In this document: positions 1 through 10,100 of the stretch, piece after piece | How the letters are laid out: every line of letters starts with the position of its first letter | Position numbering within the stretch: the stretch's first letter is position 1 | Notes under the pieces: model-generated | What the model was told of the DNA's origin: nothing | What the model saw: only the letters and a program-made list of their open reading frames with translations | Database searches by the model: none | Program-made: the position numbers and the translations under genes | NCBI GenBank assembly: GCA_965541585.1 | Contig: CBEUCH010000008.1 | Span: 98,633 to 162,632 of the forward strand | Source of the DNA: an uncultured bacterium | GTDB taxonomy: Bacteria; Zixibacteria; MSB-5A5; UBA10806 | Length of the DNA: 64,000 bases | Direction of reading: 5' to 3'

Positions 1-1
1 T

Positions 2-547
2 TGGAACAGCTCCGGCTCTTATAGTAGCGTTATCGAAAATATAGTATTTGGCGATTTTAACAAGGGCGCGGAGAGAAGCCGTCGTGAAGTATTCTTAGAT
101 CCAGTCAATAGTCTTGTCATGCTCCCGTACCGTCAGTTGGCGGCGGTCGACAGTGTCAGGATGGATGGGGTGATCCTCGAACCCGGAGAATACTGCATAA
201 ACCTCTGGGACGGGTGGGTCTCCCTCGGACTCCCGGTCCTGGACTCAGTGGAAGTTTTCTATCGCCATTCGATTTCAAAGGACATGGCTGTTTCAAACTG
301 GGACAGAGAAACCTATATATTTCACAATACGAATCCGGGCTTTATACCAGGGGACGCTAACGATTCCGGCGACCTGGATGGTCTGGATCTGGTGTTCCTG
401 GTGAACTATCTGAAGGGGGAGCAAGCCCCTGAGCCGCTGCTGGCGGCGGACGTAAATGGTGATTGCACTGTCAATATCGCAGATATGGTCTATTTGCTGG
501 ATTATTTTAAGGGGGGGGCCGCCCCTCTGGCCGGTGATTGCGACTGA
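2..547 (+). CDS. 5'-truncated secreted protein with FG-GAP-like motifs and a C-terminal dockerin-type domain
   Basis: Frame is open from base 2 (WNSSGSYSSVIENIVFGDFN...). FG-GAP-like DMAVSNWD motif. C-terminal duplicated Ca-binding loops GDANDSGDLDGLDLVFLVNYL and ADVNGDCTVNIADMVYLLDYF. Confidence 0.85.
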   Translation, partial: WNSSGSYSSVIENIVFGDFNKGAERSRREVFLDPVNSLVMLPYRQLAAVDSVRMDGVILEPGEYCINLWDGWVSLGLPVLDSVEVFYRHSISKDMAVSNWDRETYIFHNTNPGFIPGDANDSGDLDGLDLVFLVNYLKGEQAPEPLLAADVNGDCTVNIADMVYLLDYFKGGAAPLAGDCD

Positions 548-694
548 GAGAATAAAATAAATATTGGTTTCGTTCTTTTCGCCGGGGGAACATATCCGTA
601 GATGGTTTGCTATAAACTTCAGGGTAGGGGTAATGGCGATTATTCAGTTGAGTTTTTACGACTTCCCTGCGGTTCCGGTTGGGAGCGGGAAGAC

Positions 695-723
695 TTGACG
701 CAGGTTATCAGATATTCTATAAT
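695..723 (+). promoter_or_regulatory. sigma70-type promoter
   Basis: TTGACG-17 nt-TATAAT upstream of the gene at 788. Confidence 0.75.
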
Positions 724-787
724 CTGTCGCCGGGAACGCCGCCGTGGGGTGGAGAAGATAGGAATATTCTGATTTAGAGGCGGAGAA

Positions 788-1336
788 TTGACTAAGGGAC
801 TTGTTTATACGATCGTTTTCTTTCTGGCGGGACCTGCTCTGGCGCAAGACAGGAGTGAAACGGTTAAAGAAAATGTATGCTATACCGAGAGCATCAGCGC
901 CGCGAGGGGTACCTCCTTCGCCGTAAGAGTATATGTTAACAACGTGGATACCCTGGCGGGCTTGCAGGTGCCGATCTATTATCGTTCCGACGATGTGAAT
1001 TTGCTTAGCGATTCGGTAACCTTCGATGAGTCCCGTTGCCATGGCTTTTCAATGAGTTTTTTCAAGATCGATCCCCACGAGAAAGTGGTATTTTTCTCAT
1101 TATTGAACATCGGCGATCCCGAAAAGGGTGCGCCTGTATTGTATCCCGGAGACGGTCTGGTAGCGAAGCTGTGGTTCACTGCTCCCGGGGACAGCGGTTC
1201 GGGCGATGTGATATTGGAAAGCGGCCCCCATGCCTTTCTCCCGGATGATCGAATCAACTACGGATATCTTTTCTGGACACCAGCCGCGATGCAGGTGAAA
1301 TGCAATTATTCACCGGGAAATATTACTTTGAAATAG
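788..1336 (+). CDS. Secreted single-domain cohesin-like protein (paralog 1)
   Basis: Signal peptide ending ALA-Q. Beta-rich pattern FAVRVYVNNVDTLAGLQVPIYY...DSVTF...LYPGDGLVAKLWFT...GNITLK typical of cohesin-like modules. TTG start with GGAG RBS. Confidence 0.65.
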   Translation: MTKGLVYTIVFFLAGPALAQDRSETVKENVCYTESISAARGTSFAVRVYVNNVDTLAGLQVPIYYRSDDVNLLSDSVTFDESRCHGFSMSFFKIDPHEKVVFFSLLNIGDPEKGAPVLYPGDGLVAKLWFTAPGDSGSGDVILESGPHAFLPDDRINYGYLFWTPAAMQVKCNYSPGNITLK

Positions 1337-1747
1337 AGATTGGGTAGGTTATAATCGAATGTTCGCTGTAACGCTCTAATTGCATGTAATGAGCGTCGGC
1401 GGCGTTGTTTCCGGGCGAGATTTGAAAGATAGCGGTCTTGTTAAAGGAGGAAGGTTGAAAAAAACGCTTGTTTTAGCTCTTGTGATATCTCTGCCGGGCT
1501 TTTCCCTGGCGCAAGAGGGGCAAAAAGAGCAAAAGGAGATCAAGGGGAATATCTGCTATACTGAAAGCGTGGAGGTTGAAAAAGGTACATCGTTCCCCGT
1601 TAAGGTATTTCTGACTAATGTGGATGATCTGGCGGCATTCTCGGTGCCTATCTATTACAGATCCGATACGGTGAATCTGCAATGCGACTCGGTTACGTTC
1701 CACGGATCCCGGGCAGAACATTTTTCAATGAGTTTTTTCAAGATCGA
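1046..1747 (+). repeat. 26-bp exact direct repeat shared by the two cohesin-like paralogs (1046-1071 and 1722-1747)
   Basis: TTTTCAATGAGTTTTTTCAAGATCGA occurs in both genes (FSMSFFKI). Confidence 0.9.
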
Positions 1748-2012
1748 ACCGGTCGGTAAAACCGTATTCTTTGCTTTCATATGGGTCACCGATCCCCAAC
1801 AAGAGGTCCCTCCGCTCGGACCGGGCGAGGGAAAGGTGGCCGATCTCTGGTTCACGGCCCCCAAGGATATCGAGGCCGGCAAAGTCGAACTGGATAGCGG
1901 ACCCAACGCTTTTTTCCCGCATGAATTTGCTGACTGGAGCTACACGTTCTCGACTCAGCTTGCGGAAGAGATAGATGTAGAATACATACCGGGATATGTA
2001 ACCGTGAAATAG
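1455..2012 (+). CDS. Secreted single-domain cohesin-like protein (paralog 2)
   Basis: AAGGAGG RBS before in-frame TTG at 1455; signal peptide ending SLA-Q; colinear similarity to 788..1336 (CYTES, VPIYYRSD, DSVTF, FSMSFFKI, LWFTAP, SGP.AF). Confidence 0.65.
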   Translation: MKKTLVLALVISLPGFSLAQEGQKEQKEIKGNICYTESVEVEKGTSFPVKVFLTNVDDLAAFSVPIYYRSDTVNLQCDSVTFHGSRAEHFSMSFFKIEPVGKTVFFAFIWVTDPQQEVPPLGPGEGKVADLWFTAPKDIEAGKVELDSGPNAFFPHEFADWSYTFSTQLAEEIDVEYIPGYVTVK

Positions 2013-2068
2013 CAGGGGCGAAAATCCTCGATCCCGGCGGATTTTCTGTAAGCTCTCTTTCGTTTAAT

Positions 2069-2098
2069 GATCGGCCTTTCCAGGCCGATCTTTTTTTT
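2069..2098 (+). terminator. Rho-independent terminator
   Basis: GATCGGCCT-TTCC-AGGCCGATC followed by T8. Confidence 0.9.
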
Positions 2099-2223
2099 CT
2101 CTACGGTAAAGCAGCATAATTTTCGCCTGCCACCGTTATGATTACCGCAGAACGTCCGAGCATACTTCTTGAGTGTCTTGATATATACAGCGGAAAGGCC
2201 AAAATGCGCGCCGAATTATTCGG

Positions 2224-2943
2224 CTAAGATGTTACCATTATGGCGGTGAGAATCATGGAGTCCTGAAGGAAATGGGCGATTATGCATGGGAAGATGCTTT
2301 TCCTGGCAATGAATAGCCCTGAGAAGAGCATTCCATATATGAAGGTAAGGAGCACTCCTCCAGAACCTTGATAGAGGTGCCCTAATGCGAAGGCAGCCGA
2401 GCCCAGCAAAGCCCCGGTCCAGTATGATCCCGAAAGAACTTTAAGACGGGTTATTAAATATCCTCTGAAAGCCATCTCCTCGGACAGGGCTGCTCCGGCG
2501 GAAAGCAAAATCCAGATCGCCCCCTCGGTTATAGTGGATGGAAGAAGGTGAAGGAATTCCTTTTCCGGTAAATATCCCGATCTGGCCATGGAGATTTTTA
2601 TGATGATTATCAATGACCAGGCGCCTGCAAAGAAGATCAGGCCCGCTATGGTATTCGACCAACTGATGTCCTTGCGACTGAGACCGATACTGTGAAATCG
2701 GTCACCGCTGCGTCTCAGGACCGCCCATACTGCGACGAACACGATTCCCTGCATGAATAATACCGGCAGATATACCTGTTCTATTTTCGATGTTATCGCC
2801 TCGGGAGAAGTCGAACCCGTGATGTTGAGAAAAATACTGAGAGCGGGATACCCCAGGAGCAGAATCAGCAGAAAATAAAGCTGAACGGGTGGTAAGGAGT
2901 GTTTTCCCGTCGCGCCGGGGAATCCCGGTTTATAACTCTCCAT
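2224..2943 (-). CDS. CPBP (Abi/CAAX-type II) family intramembrane metalloprotease
   Basis: Multiple TM segments; motifs SEEMAFRG, FALGHLYQ, AHFLQD. Confidence 0.9.
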   Translation of the reverse strand: MESYKPGFPGATGKHSLPPVQLYFLLILLLGYPALSIFLNITGSTSPEAITSKIEQVYLPVLFMQGIVFVAVWAVLRRSGDRFHSIGLSRKDISWSNTIAGLIFFAGAWSLIIIIKISMARSGYLPEKEFLHLLPSTITEGAIWILLSAGAALSEEMAFRGYLITRLKVLSGSYWTGALLGSAAFALGHLYQGSGGVLLTFIYGMLFSGLFIARKSIFPCIIAHFLQDSMILTAIMVTS

Positions 2944-3009
2944 GTTATCGAATATAAAGCCCGGAAGCCTTTTTCAAAGGGAAATCATTTATTCCCGTAT
3001 GGGGAAGTA

Positions 3010-5028
3010 TCAGTTCTCGACGCCCATGGCACTCAAGACCTTTTGCCATTCCGGATCGTTCTTGAATTCGAGGCGAACCGAGTAACTGGCCAGCTCTTCG
3101 AATCTCTCGTGGGATTTTTTCATGTTCTTGTGGTCATTCAGGGCGAGATAAGTCTCTGCCAGATAAACATGTGCTTTGGGGTCTGCGAAATTGAGTTCCT
3201 CTGCCCCTTTGAAAGCCGCCAGGGCATCTTTGTAAGCTCCGGAGCGATAATATGAATTGCCGAGTTTGTAATAGGCTCCGAGATTTCTGTGATCTAACCG
3301 GATTACCTTTTCATAATCCCGGGCCGCGAGGTCATAATCTTCCCGGGAAAAAAAAAGATCTCCGCGGCTGTAATAGGCTGTAAAGGTATTGGGCCGGACG
3401 TCTATCACGCCGGTTAAGGCTTCTATTTGAGTAGCGACGTTGCCTTTATTGCCGGCGATCCTGGCAACCTGCATGAAATAGCTGGTGGACTGATCCATTT
3501 GCCCTTGTCCCTTGAAGCATCGGGCCTTGCCGATCAAGGCGGCCAGATCCTGAGGTTTCTTCTGCAGAACCTTATCATAGTATCTCAGGGCCTCATGATA
3601 ATTGCCCGCTATCTCGTTTTCATAGGCTAACTCGCCATTCGATTTCTTTTTTTTCGACGACTTCCCTTTGACAAGAGTGAATTTATAAGATAGATTCTTA
3701 CCGGATTTTACAGTTATCTTCCGCGACTTTGTCTTGTATCCCTTCTTCTTGACCGCCAGTATATATCGTCCCGGTTTGACCTTATATAAATTGGATCCTA
3801 CTCCCAGAGGTTTATCATCGAGATAAGCTCCTGCGCTCTTTGGACTGAGCGTCAATTTAAGCGAGCCGCGTTCCGTTTTTGATTCTGATTTGGCAAGCGC
3901 CGGCTCTTCTTTTCTGGAGGTCGTCGGTTTAGCCGGGATTGATGTTATCGGTTGACCTTGAAGCAGCGTTACGGTGGTTATATCGTTCTCGAGAACGGCG
4001 ACCCGCTCCTCGGCGATCGGTGAGCCGTCTCTTTGATATTGAATCGTATACAGTCCTGACGGTAAATCATCGAAAATAAAAAATCCGGCCTGATTGGTCC
4101 GAACCGTCCAGTTGAGCTCGACGATGGTAATGCTTTGCTTCGAAAGAGGGTTTCCGCCGGCGTCAAAGGCCATACCAACGATCTGTCCGTTTTGCCCGCC
4201 GGAAAACCCGGATACAAGAACCAATAGCGCAATAATGAGGGCGGCTCCGCCGGCAATCGCCCCCATAAGCCATCTGTTGTTTTTCGGCTTAATCCGCACC
4301 TCATAGAGCTGATCGCCTATTTGTACCTCATCGCCGGGGAAAACTCTCGCGCCGCCGGTCAATGTCAGGGTTTCGCCCGATAGAAGTACTACGCCTTTGG
4401 AGCGGGCCACGCGTGGGAGATCCGGGGGAGGAGGCTCCTGCTCCGGGGTTTCATCCGGTTTTTTTGCCGCTCCGGGCGCGAATTTGTCTTTTAAGTTTTG
4501 CAGCCTTATTCTCTGGGTGGCCGTCACATCCTGGCCGTCCGGTGAGCCTTCGCTCAGGTTATCCTGCTTCTCCTCTTCACCCTTCTCGACGGCGGGTTCG
4601 TGATCCTCCACGGATTGAATTCCTTCGCCCACTATGCCGCTAAGTGTTTGAAGAGTTACGGTGGGCTCCGATTCCACCTCTGATAAGGCGAGCTTTATCT
4701 CATCGCCTCTAAATGCTGTCGGATCTTCCTCCACAGGCTCCGGTTTGATCGCGTTATCGGGACCGCTTCCCGGAGCAGCATCGTTGCCATAGGTGCCATC
4801 GCCCATGATAAAGTCTATGGGATCGGCCATATCAATCCGATCGTCCTCGTTATCGGTAGGCGGCGTTTCCTCTTCCGGCTGCTCTTTTAAGAAGAAGTCA
4901 GTGGGATCATCGGTGCCGGAATGTTCTTTTGAAGCGGCTCCCGCTTTGGGCTGTAGAGGATGATGACAGTTTTTGCAGAAAGCTGCACCCTCGAATTGGT
5001 TTTCCGTACCACATTTCTCGCAATACAT
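3010..5028 (-). CDS. Membrane protein: N-terminal zinc ribbon, acidic linker, single TM, carboxypeptidase-regulatory-like domain, PEGA-like domain, TPR repeats
   Basis: CEKCG...FCKNC; TM WLMGAIAGGAALIIALLVLVSGF; TNQAGFFIFDDLPSGLYTI; YLDDKPLG...VKPGRYILAVKKKGYK; TPR patterns such as AYYKLGNSYYRSGAYKDALAAF. Confidence 0.8.
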   Translation of the reverse strand: MYCEKCGTENQFEGAAFCKNCHHPLQPKAGAASKEHSGTDDPTDFFLKEQPEEETPPTDNEDDRIDMADPIDFIMGDGTYGNDAAPGSGPDNAIKPEPVEEDPTAFRGDEIKLALSEVESEPTVTLQTLSGIVGEGIQSVEDHEPAVEKGEEEKQDNLSEGSPDGQDVTATQRIRLQNLKDKFAPGAAKKPDETPEQEPPPPDLPRVARSKGVVLLSGETLTLTGGARVFPGDEVQIGDQLYEVRIKPKNNRWLMGAIAGGAALIIALLVLVSGFSGGQNGQIVGMAFDAGGNPLSKQSITIVELNWTVRTNQAGFFIFDDLPSGLYTIQYQRDGSPIAEERVAVLENDITTVTLLQGQPITSIPAKPTTSRKEEPALAKSESKTERGSLKLTLSPKSAGAYLDDKPLGVGSNLYKVKPGRYILAVKKKGYKTKSRKITVKSGKNLSYKFTLVKGKSSKKKKSNGELAYENEIAGNYHEALRYYDKVLQKKPQDLAALIGKARCFKGQGQMDQSTSYFMQVARIAGNKGNVATQIEALTGVIDVRPNTFTAYYSRGDLFFSREDYDLAARDYEKVIRLDHRNLGAYYKLGNSYYRSGAYKDALAAFKGAEELNFADPKAHVYLAETYLALNDHKNMKKSHERFEELASYSVRLEFKNDPEWQKVLSAMGVEN

Positions 5029-5061
5029 CTAATCCCTCCGGTTGAGGTTATCTCTTTGGAA

Positions 5062-5088
5062 TTATCGGTAGATTTGCGGCTATATTGA
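5062..5088 (-). promoter_or_regulatory. sigma28/FliA-WhiG-like promoter
   Basis: Minus strand TCAA-N15-ACCGATAA just upstream of the ATG at 5028. Confidence 0.5.
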
Positions 5089-5336
5089 ACGCCAATAAAT
5101 ATTGTATTTTCACTAATTTACAGGATCTTGAATGGGGAGGTGTGTACTATTAATTGAGCGTTGATAATAGAGCCCTTCCAGGATTAGAGTTGATTTATGC
5201 TGATTTCGATTCTGGGGAAAAGATATCGGCAGGATATGGTGAATAATGGAGAATTGGTGGATTTTATGATCCTTTTTTTAGCGATGATAATTGAGTTGAT
5301 TTTGACTGAAATTATGGTATATTTCGACGGTCAGGC

Positions 5337-6875
5337 ATGAAGCTACTCTTTTTACATTTTGCGGTTTTTTTGCTGGCTTTTTGCACCGATAGGCTGGCGT
5401 TTATTCCTCCGCCGAGTTCGGGGGAGTGCACCATCGGCGTATTTTCCGGCGATGCGACGGTCGATGGCCGGCCGATGCTGTGGAAGAATCGCGATGTGAG
5501 TGATGCCGTGCAAAAATTCTGCTACTTCGAGCCTTCACGGGATACCGATCGACCGGCTTACGGTTTTTTGGGAAATGTATATTCCGCCGACACAAACCGG
5601 GTATATATGGGTGTAAATGAGGTCGGGTTTGCCATAATTAACTCCAACAGCTATAATCTCGGAGATAGCCTTGCGGATGGCGTCGATGACGGTGATTTGA
5701 TGAGGATGGCGCTGGAGAGGTGTCGGACGCTGGAGGATTTCGAGGCTCTACTCGACCTGACCGCGGAGAAGGGACGAAAGGACGGCTGGAATTTCGGCGT
5801 ATTCGATGCCGGGGGCCACGCCGCTCTTTACGAATGCTCGAATTTCGGGTATGTGAAATTCGATACTGACAACGCCGGGCATGCTGCGGATGGCATCATA
5901 CTGCGCGCCACTTTCAGCCTCTCGGGCGGCCCGCGCAGAACAGGCATCGAGCGATATAAGAGGGCCAACCACCTTGTTTATGAAAGAGCCAATGAGAGTC
6001 CGCTAGATGCCCTGTTCATCCTGCAGGTTTTATCCAGAGATCTGGCTAACCCGATAGCGGACCCCTATCCTTTGCCATATAATGGCGTCCAGAATGGCAG
6101 GCCCGAAGGATATATTTTGTCCCAGGCGGTTACAATCAATCGCGTCATCTCCAGGTCCTGTATGGTTATAAGGGGAACGAAGCCAGGCGAGGATCCCTCG
6201 TTAGCGACATCTTTCTGCACCATCGGACCTCCGGTGATTTCTGTTGCCTATCCGCTCTGGGTAAGAGCCAGGCAGGTTCCGGAGCCTCTCAATCTGGGTC
6301 TCGAGGTGCCCATGTATGGTCTGACAAACAGGCACCGAGCTTATCTCTATCCCTCCCCCAAATCAAGCTTTTATATTGATAGCCGGTATCTGGTGAATCT
6401 CAATGGCGGACTCTACTCGTATACGTTGCCTCTCGAAAAACAGGCACTGGAGATGGCTGACGAATATGTTGAGGATTGGAACAATGACTTGCCTTCTCCG
6501 CAGGAGATCGCCGAGGTTCAGGAGATTATAGCGCGAAACTTATATGACTCTTACTTGGAAATCCCGTTCGATTCCAACGATCCCTCCCCGGCCGGGATTG
6601 AAGCGCAACCTGAAATTGCCAGTTTCCCGAATCCATTCAATGCTCAAACTACAATACATCTGAACGGATTCGATGCTGATGAACCAGTTAGTATTGGTAT
6701 TTATGATTTGCTGGGCCGCGAAGTCAGATCCCTGGACGCGCCCGGTGGCGGGAACCGATTCGCTCTCTGGGACGGCAGAGACAATTATGGTCAGCCTGTG
6801 GCCTCCGGTGTTTATCTGATAAGAGCGGAGAATTCAAGATATTCCGCATCAACGAAATCGCTCTTGATGAAATAG
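5337..6875 (+). CDS. Secreted Ntn-hydrolase (peptidase C45/acyltransferase-like) with FlgD/T9SS-like C-terminal domain
   Basis: Signal peptide, then putative N-terminal nucleophile CTIGV..SG.ATVDGRPMLWKNRD and MGVNEVGF; tail FPNPFN...YDLLGREV...WDGRD...ASGVY...KSLLMK. Confidence 0.8.
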   Translation: MKLLFLHFAVFLLAFCTDRLAFIPPPSSGECTIGVFSGDATVDGRPMLWKNRDVSDAVQKFCYFEPSRDTDRPAYGFLGNVYSADTNRVYMGVNEVGFAIINSNSYNLGDSLADGVDDGDLMRMALERCRTLEDFEALLDLTAEKGRKDGWNFGVFDAGGHAALYECSNFGYVKFDTDNAGHAADGIILRATFSLSGGPRRTGIERYKRANHLVYERANESPLDALFILQVLSRDLANPIADPYPLPYNGVQNGRPEGYILSQAVTINRVISRSCMVIRGTKPGEDPSLATSFCTIGPPVISVAYPLWVRARQVPEPLNLGLEVPMYGLTNRHRAYLYPSPKSSFYIDSRYLVNLNGGLYSYTLPLEKQALEMADEYVEDWNNDLPSPQEIAEVQEIIARNLYDSYLEIPFDSNDPSPAGIEAQPEIASFPNPFNAQTTIHLNGFDADEPVSIGIYDLLGREVRSLDAPGGGNRFALWDGRDNYGQPVASGVYLIRAENSRYSASTKSLLMK

Positions 6876-7116
6876 AATTTCTACTGTATGAAGATAGAAT
6901 GGTTGGCCGATTCAGAGGAACAAATTTTGACAGCTATGATGTTGTATGGACAGACAATTCTATTTTAGGTGCCGGTGACGAGTCCATCGAGGTTCGTTCT
7001 TCCCTTCGGGCTAAGCTGGTAAACTGATCGAGAGAATAGGTTTTTGTAAGAATGGGAGAGAGCTACTGAGTTTGAATTATTTGATTTTAACCAATTACTT
7101 TAAGAGGAGAAGCCTA

Positions 7117-10100
7117 ATGAAACGGTCGTTATTATTCTGGTTTGTAGTTTGTAACTTCATGTGTCTTTTTGGATTGGCTGTATTCGGAAATGCATCGAAT
7201 GCTTTATTTGAAGAACTGAAGGCCGATTATCCCGGGGTAAGAGCTTATGAAGAGGGCGGTCGTATTGCCCGCATTTACGGCCGGGCATTTGGTTTCGGCT
7301 CCAGCCCCGTGGATGCCGCCCTGCAGTTTAAAGACAATTACGCCGGTCTTTTCAATGTCGTACCGGATGAGTTGTCTCCCGTCAGCATTCTCTTCGATGG
7401 GCGACATACCCAACCGGTAATGTTCGATAGAGACACTGGCGAGTATAAATTTACTCTCGTCTATTATTCACAGCATAAGGACGGGATTCCGGTATTCAGA
7501 TCGGATCTGCGGCTTCTTGTCCGCAACGAACCTGGCTATCCGTTAGTTATGGCGGCTTCCGCCCTCCGTGACCTGACGGATTTCGATGAACCGATCGGCA
7601 TGATGGTGAATCCCGCTCTGGCCGAGAGCGCCGCCAAATCTTTTTCACCGGGTCTGATCAATTTCAGCGAACCCCGGTTGACAATCTGGGCGGGGATCAA
7701 CGATATGGAAGTCGAGCCAACTGTCACCATGGAGATCACCGCGGACAATGGCATGGAGGCTACTTTAGATTATGAGAGATGGCTGTTTTTGGTCGATGCC
7801 CGGACCGGTGAGATTTTATATTCTGAAGATCTTATCCTCGATGTGGATGTTACCGGCAACGTCAGCGGTATGGCTACCCAGGGAGACGCAGCTGATTTCT
7901 GCGGGCCGGAGGAGCCGACCCCTCTACCGTATGCGCGGGTCTATATCGAGGGGGGAAACACGGTTATGGCCGATGAAAACGGCGATTTCGTTATTCCCAA
8001 CGACGGCGATACGGAGGTCACCGTAATATCCAATATCAGAGGACAATGGTTCCGGGTTTTCAACTCGAGCGGCGGCAATGCCCAGCTTTCGGAGGCGGTG
8101 ATTCCACCGGGGCCGGCCAATTTTCTCCATAATGCCGAGAACACCAGCGAATATAACCGGGCCGAGGTGAACGGTTACGTCGAGTCTAATATAGTTCGTG
8201 ACTTTACATTGACATATAACCCGCAATTTCCCGTGATCTGGAACCAGAACGAATTCCGTGTCAATGTTAATATCAGCGATAATTGCAACGCCTACTACGA
8301 TGGATATTCGATAAATTTCTTCACCGCCGGTGGTGGATGTTCCAACACCGCTTTTTCGACCGTTGTGCATCATGAGTACGGCCACCACCTGGTTAATGTC
8401 GGTGGAAGCGGACAGGGGCAGTATGGCGAGGGTATGGGAGACGTGATGGGAGTTTTGATCACCGATGATTCTCACCTGGCCTGGGGATTCTTTGGTAATT
8501 GCAACGGATTTATGAGGAATGCCGACAACAATTTCCAGTATCCCTGCTCGGGCGAGATCCATTACTGCGGGCGATTGATCTCCGGATGCGTCTGGAGCAC
8601 ACGTAATGAACTGGCGATCACTAATCCCGACGATTACATTGATATTCTCTCCAACCTGGCCGTAAACTCTATTCTGATGCACCAGGGGAATATGATCACT
8701 CCCTCTATCACACTCGATTACCTGACGCTTGACGATGACGATGGCAATATCTGGAACGGTACGCCACATGGGATGGAGATAATCACCGGGTTCGCCTATG
8801 AGCACAATATGGATCCGGGACTTAGCGTTCAGATCGAGCATACGCCTCTTATTGATACCGAAGATTCTAACGCCATTCTCGGCGTTTATGCTGACGTTAC
8901 CAGCTTCTTTTCAATGGAGGAAGGCTCTGTCACAACGTATTACACCTTTGACGGTGATTTTGAAGAGATAGAGATGGTCAATACATCCGGCGATACCTGG
9001 TATGGAGAGATACCTACTCCACCGTACGAAACGACTGTAAGCTACTACATCGAGGGCATCGACGAGACTGGACAATCCGCCACCGTCCCGGAGAATGCCC
9101 CGGATGACCTTTATAGCTTTTATGTGGGCACTGATGTCATTCCCCCAACCATGACGCTTGTCGAGGGGCCGCCGAATACGGTCGATCTGTTTGGCCCTTA
9201 TGGGCCGTTCGTCATCACGGCCTGGGATGTCCACGGCGTCAATCAATCCGAAGTCATCATGCATTACCGCGTGAATGACGAGACCGATAGTGAAATTGCC
9301 CTCAATCCCACCGGTAGCGAGGACGAGTTTGGCCTCGATTTGCTTGACCTGGAGCGCCAGCTGAATAGCGGCGATATCGTACATTACTATTTCACTGCCC
9401 TCGACGAGGCTAATGATCCCAATACAGGCAGGCTCCCCGAATCGGGAACCTTCGAGCTCTTGATGGCTAACGCCGAGACATTTGAGGATTTTGAGGAATT
9501 CGGAATTGGCCGCTGGATCACGGAAGGTGCCTGGGCATTGTTCAATCAGGGACATAACAGCAGCAGTTCTATGATCTTCGGGCCGAACTACCCGGATAAT
9601 GCCGACGATATGGCCTACATGGATTTCGGATATGATCTCTCGGCCTACGGCGAGGCCCGGATCGCCCTCTACGCCAAGTATGCCATCCTGGATGGAGATA
9701 TATGCTTCGTGTTGATTTCTGCAGATGGCGGACAAACCTGGACGACGGTCGGTTCGATTACCGGCGTTTCCGGAAGTTCTTTTGAGTATGCTGAATTCGA
9801 TATCTCGTCGGCTCTGAGCCCTGACGATCACGACTATAGAGTAGGTTTCCGGTTCGTTTCGGACGAGAGCGGACATACCATTGGTGTGTTGCTTGATGAT
9901 ATCGGCTGGGCTATCGGCCCCATGACCGGTGTTGATGATTATGCGGTTGAGTTGCCAATTGAGATTTCACTGAACCAGAACTATCCGAATCCTTTCAATC
10001 CGCAGACCAATATCTCCTTCGCTCTGCCGCATGAATCGCATGTCAGTCTGGACGTATTCGATCTTCTGGGACGGAGAGTGATTCGCCTGATCGATGAGAA

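Noticed and set aside
4963..4977. CKNCH as a heme c motif in the 672-aa protein
   Set aside because: It is the second half of an N-terminal CxxC...CxxC zinc ribbon on the predicted cytoplasmic side.
6876..7116. Riboswitch or ncRNA in the long intergenic regions (also 548-787, 18540-18750 and 42822-43030)
   Set aside because: No recognisable aptamer, tRNA, SRP, tmRNA or 6S signature by eye; an Rfam scan would be needed.
7924..9876. Long minus-strand ORFs (305 and 321 aa) opposite the M4/M36 peptidase
   Set aside because: Antisense shadows of a well-supported gene, with no motifs or RBS. The same applies to 11018..11752, 27393..28034, 40924..41664 and 55998..56687.
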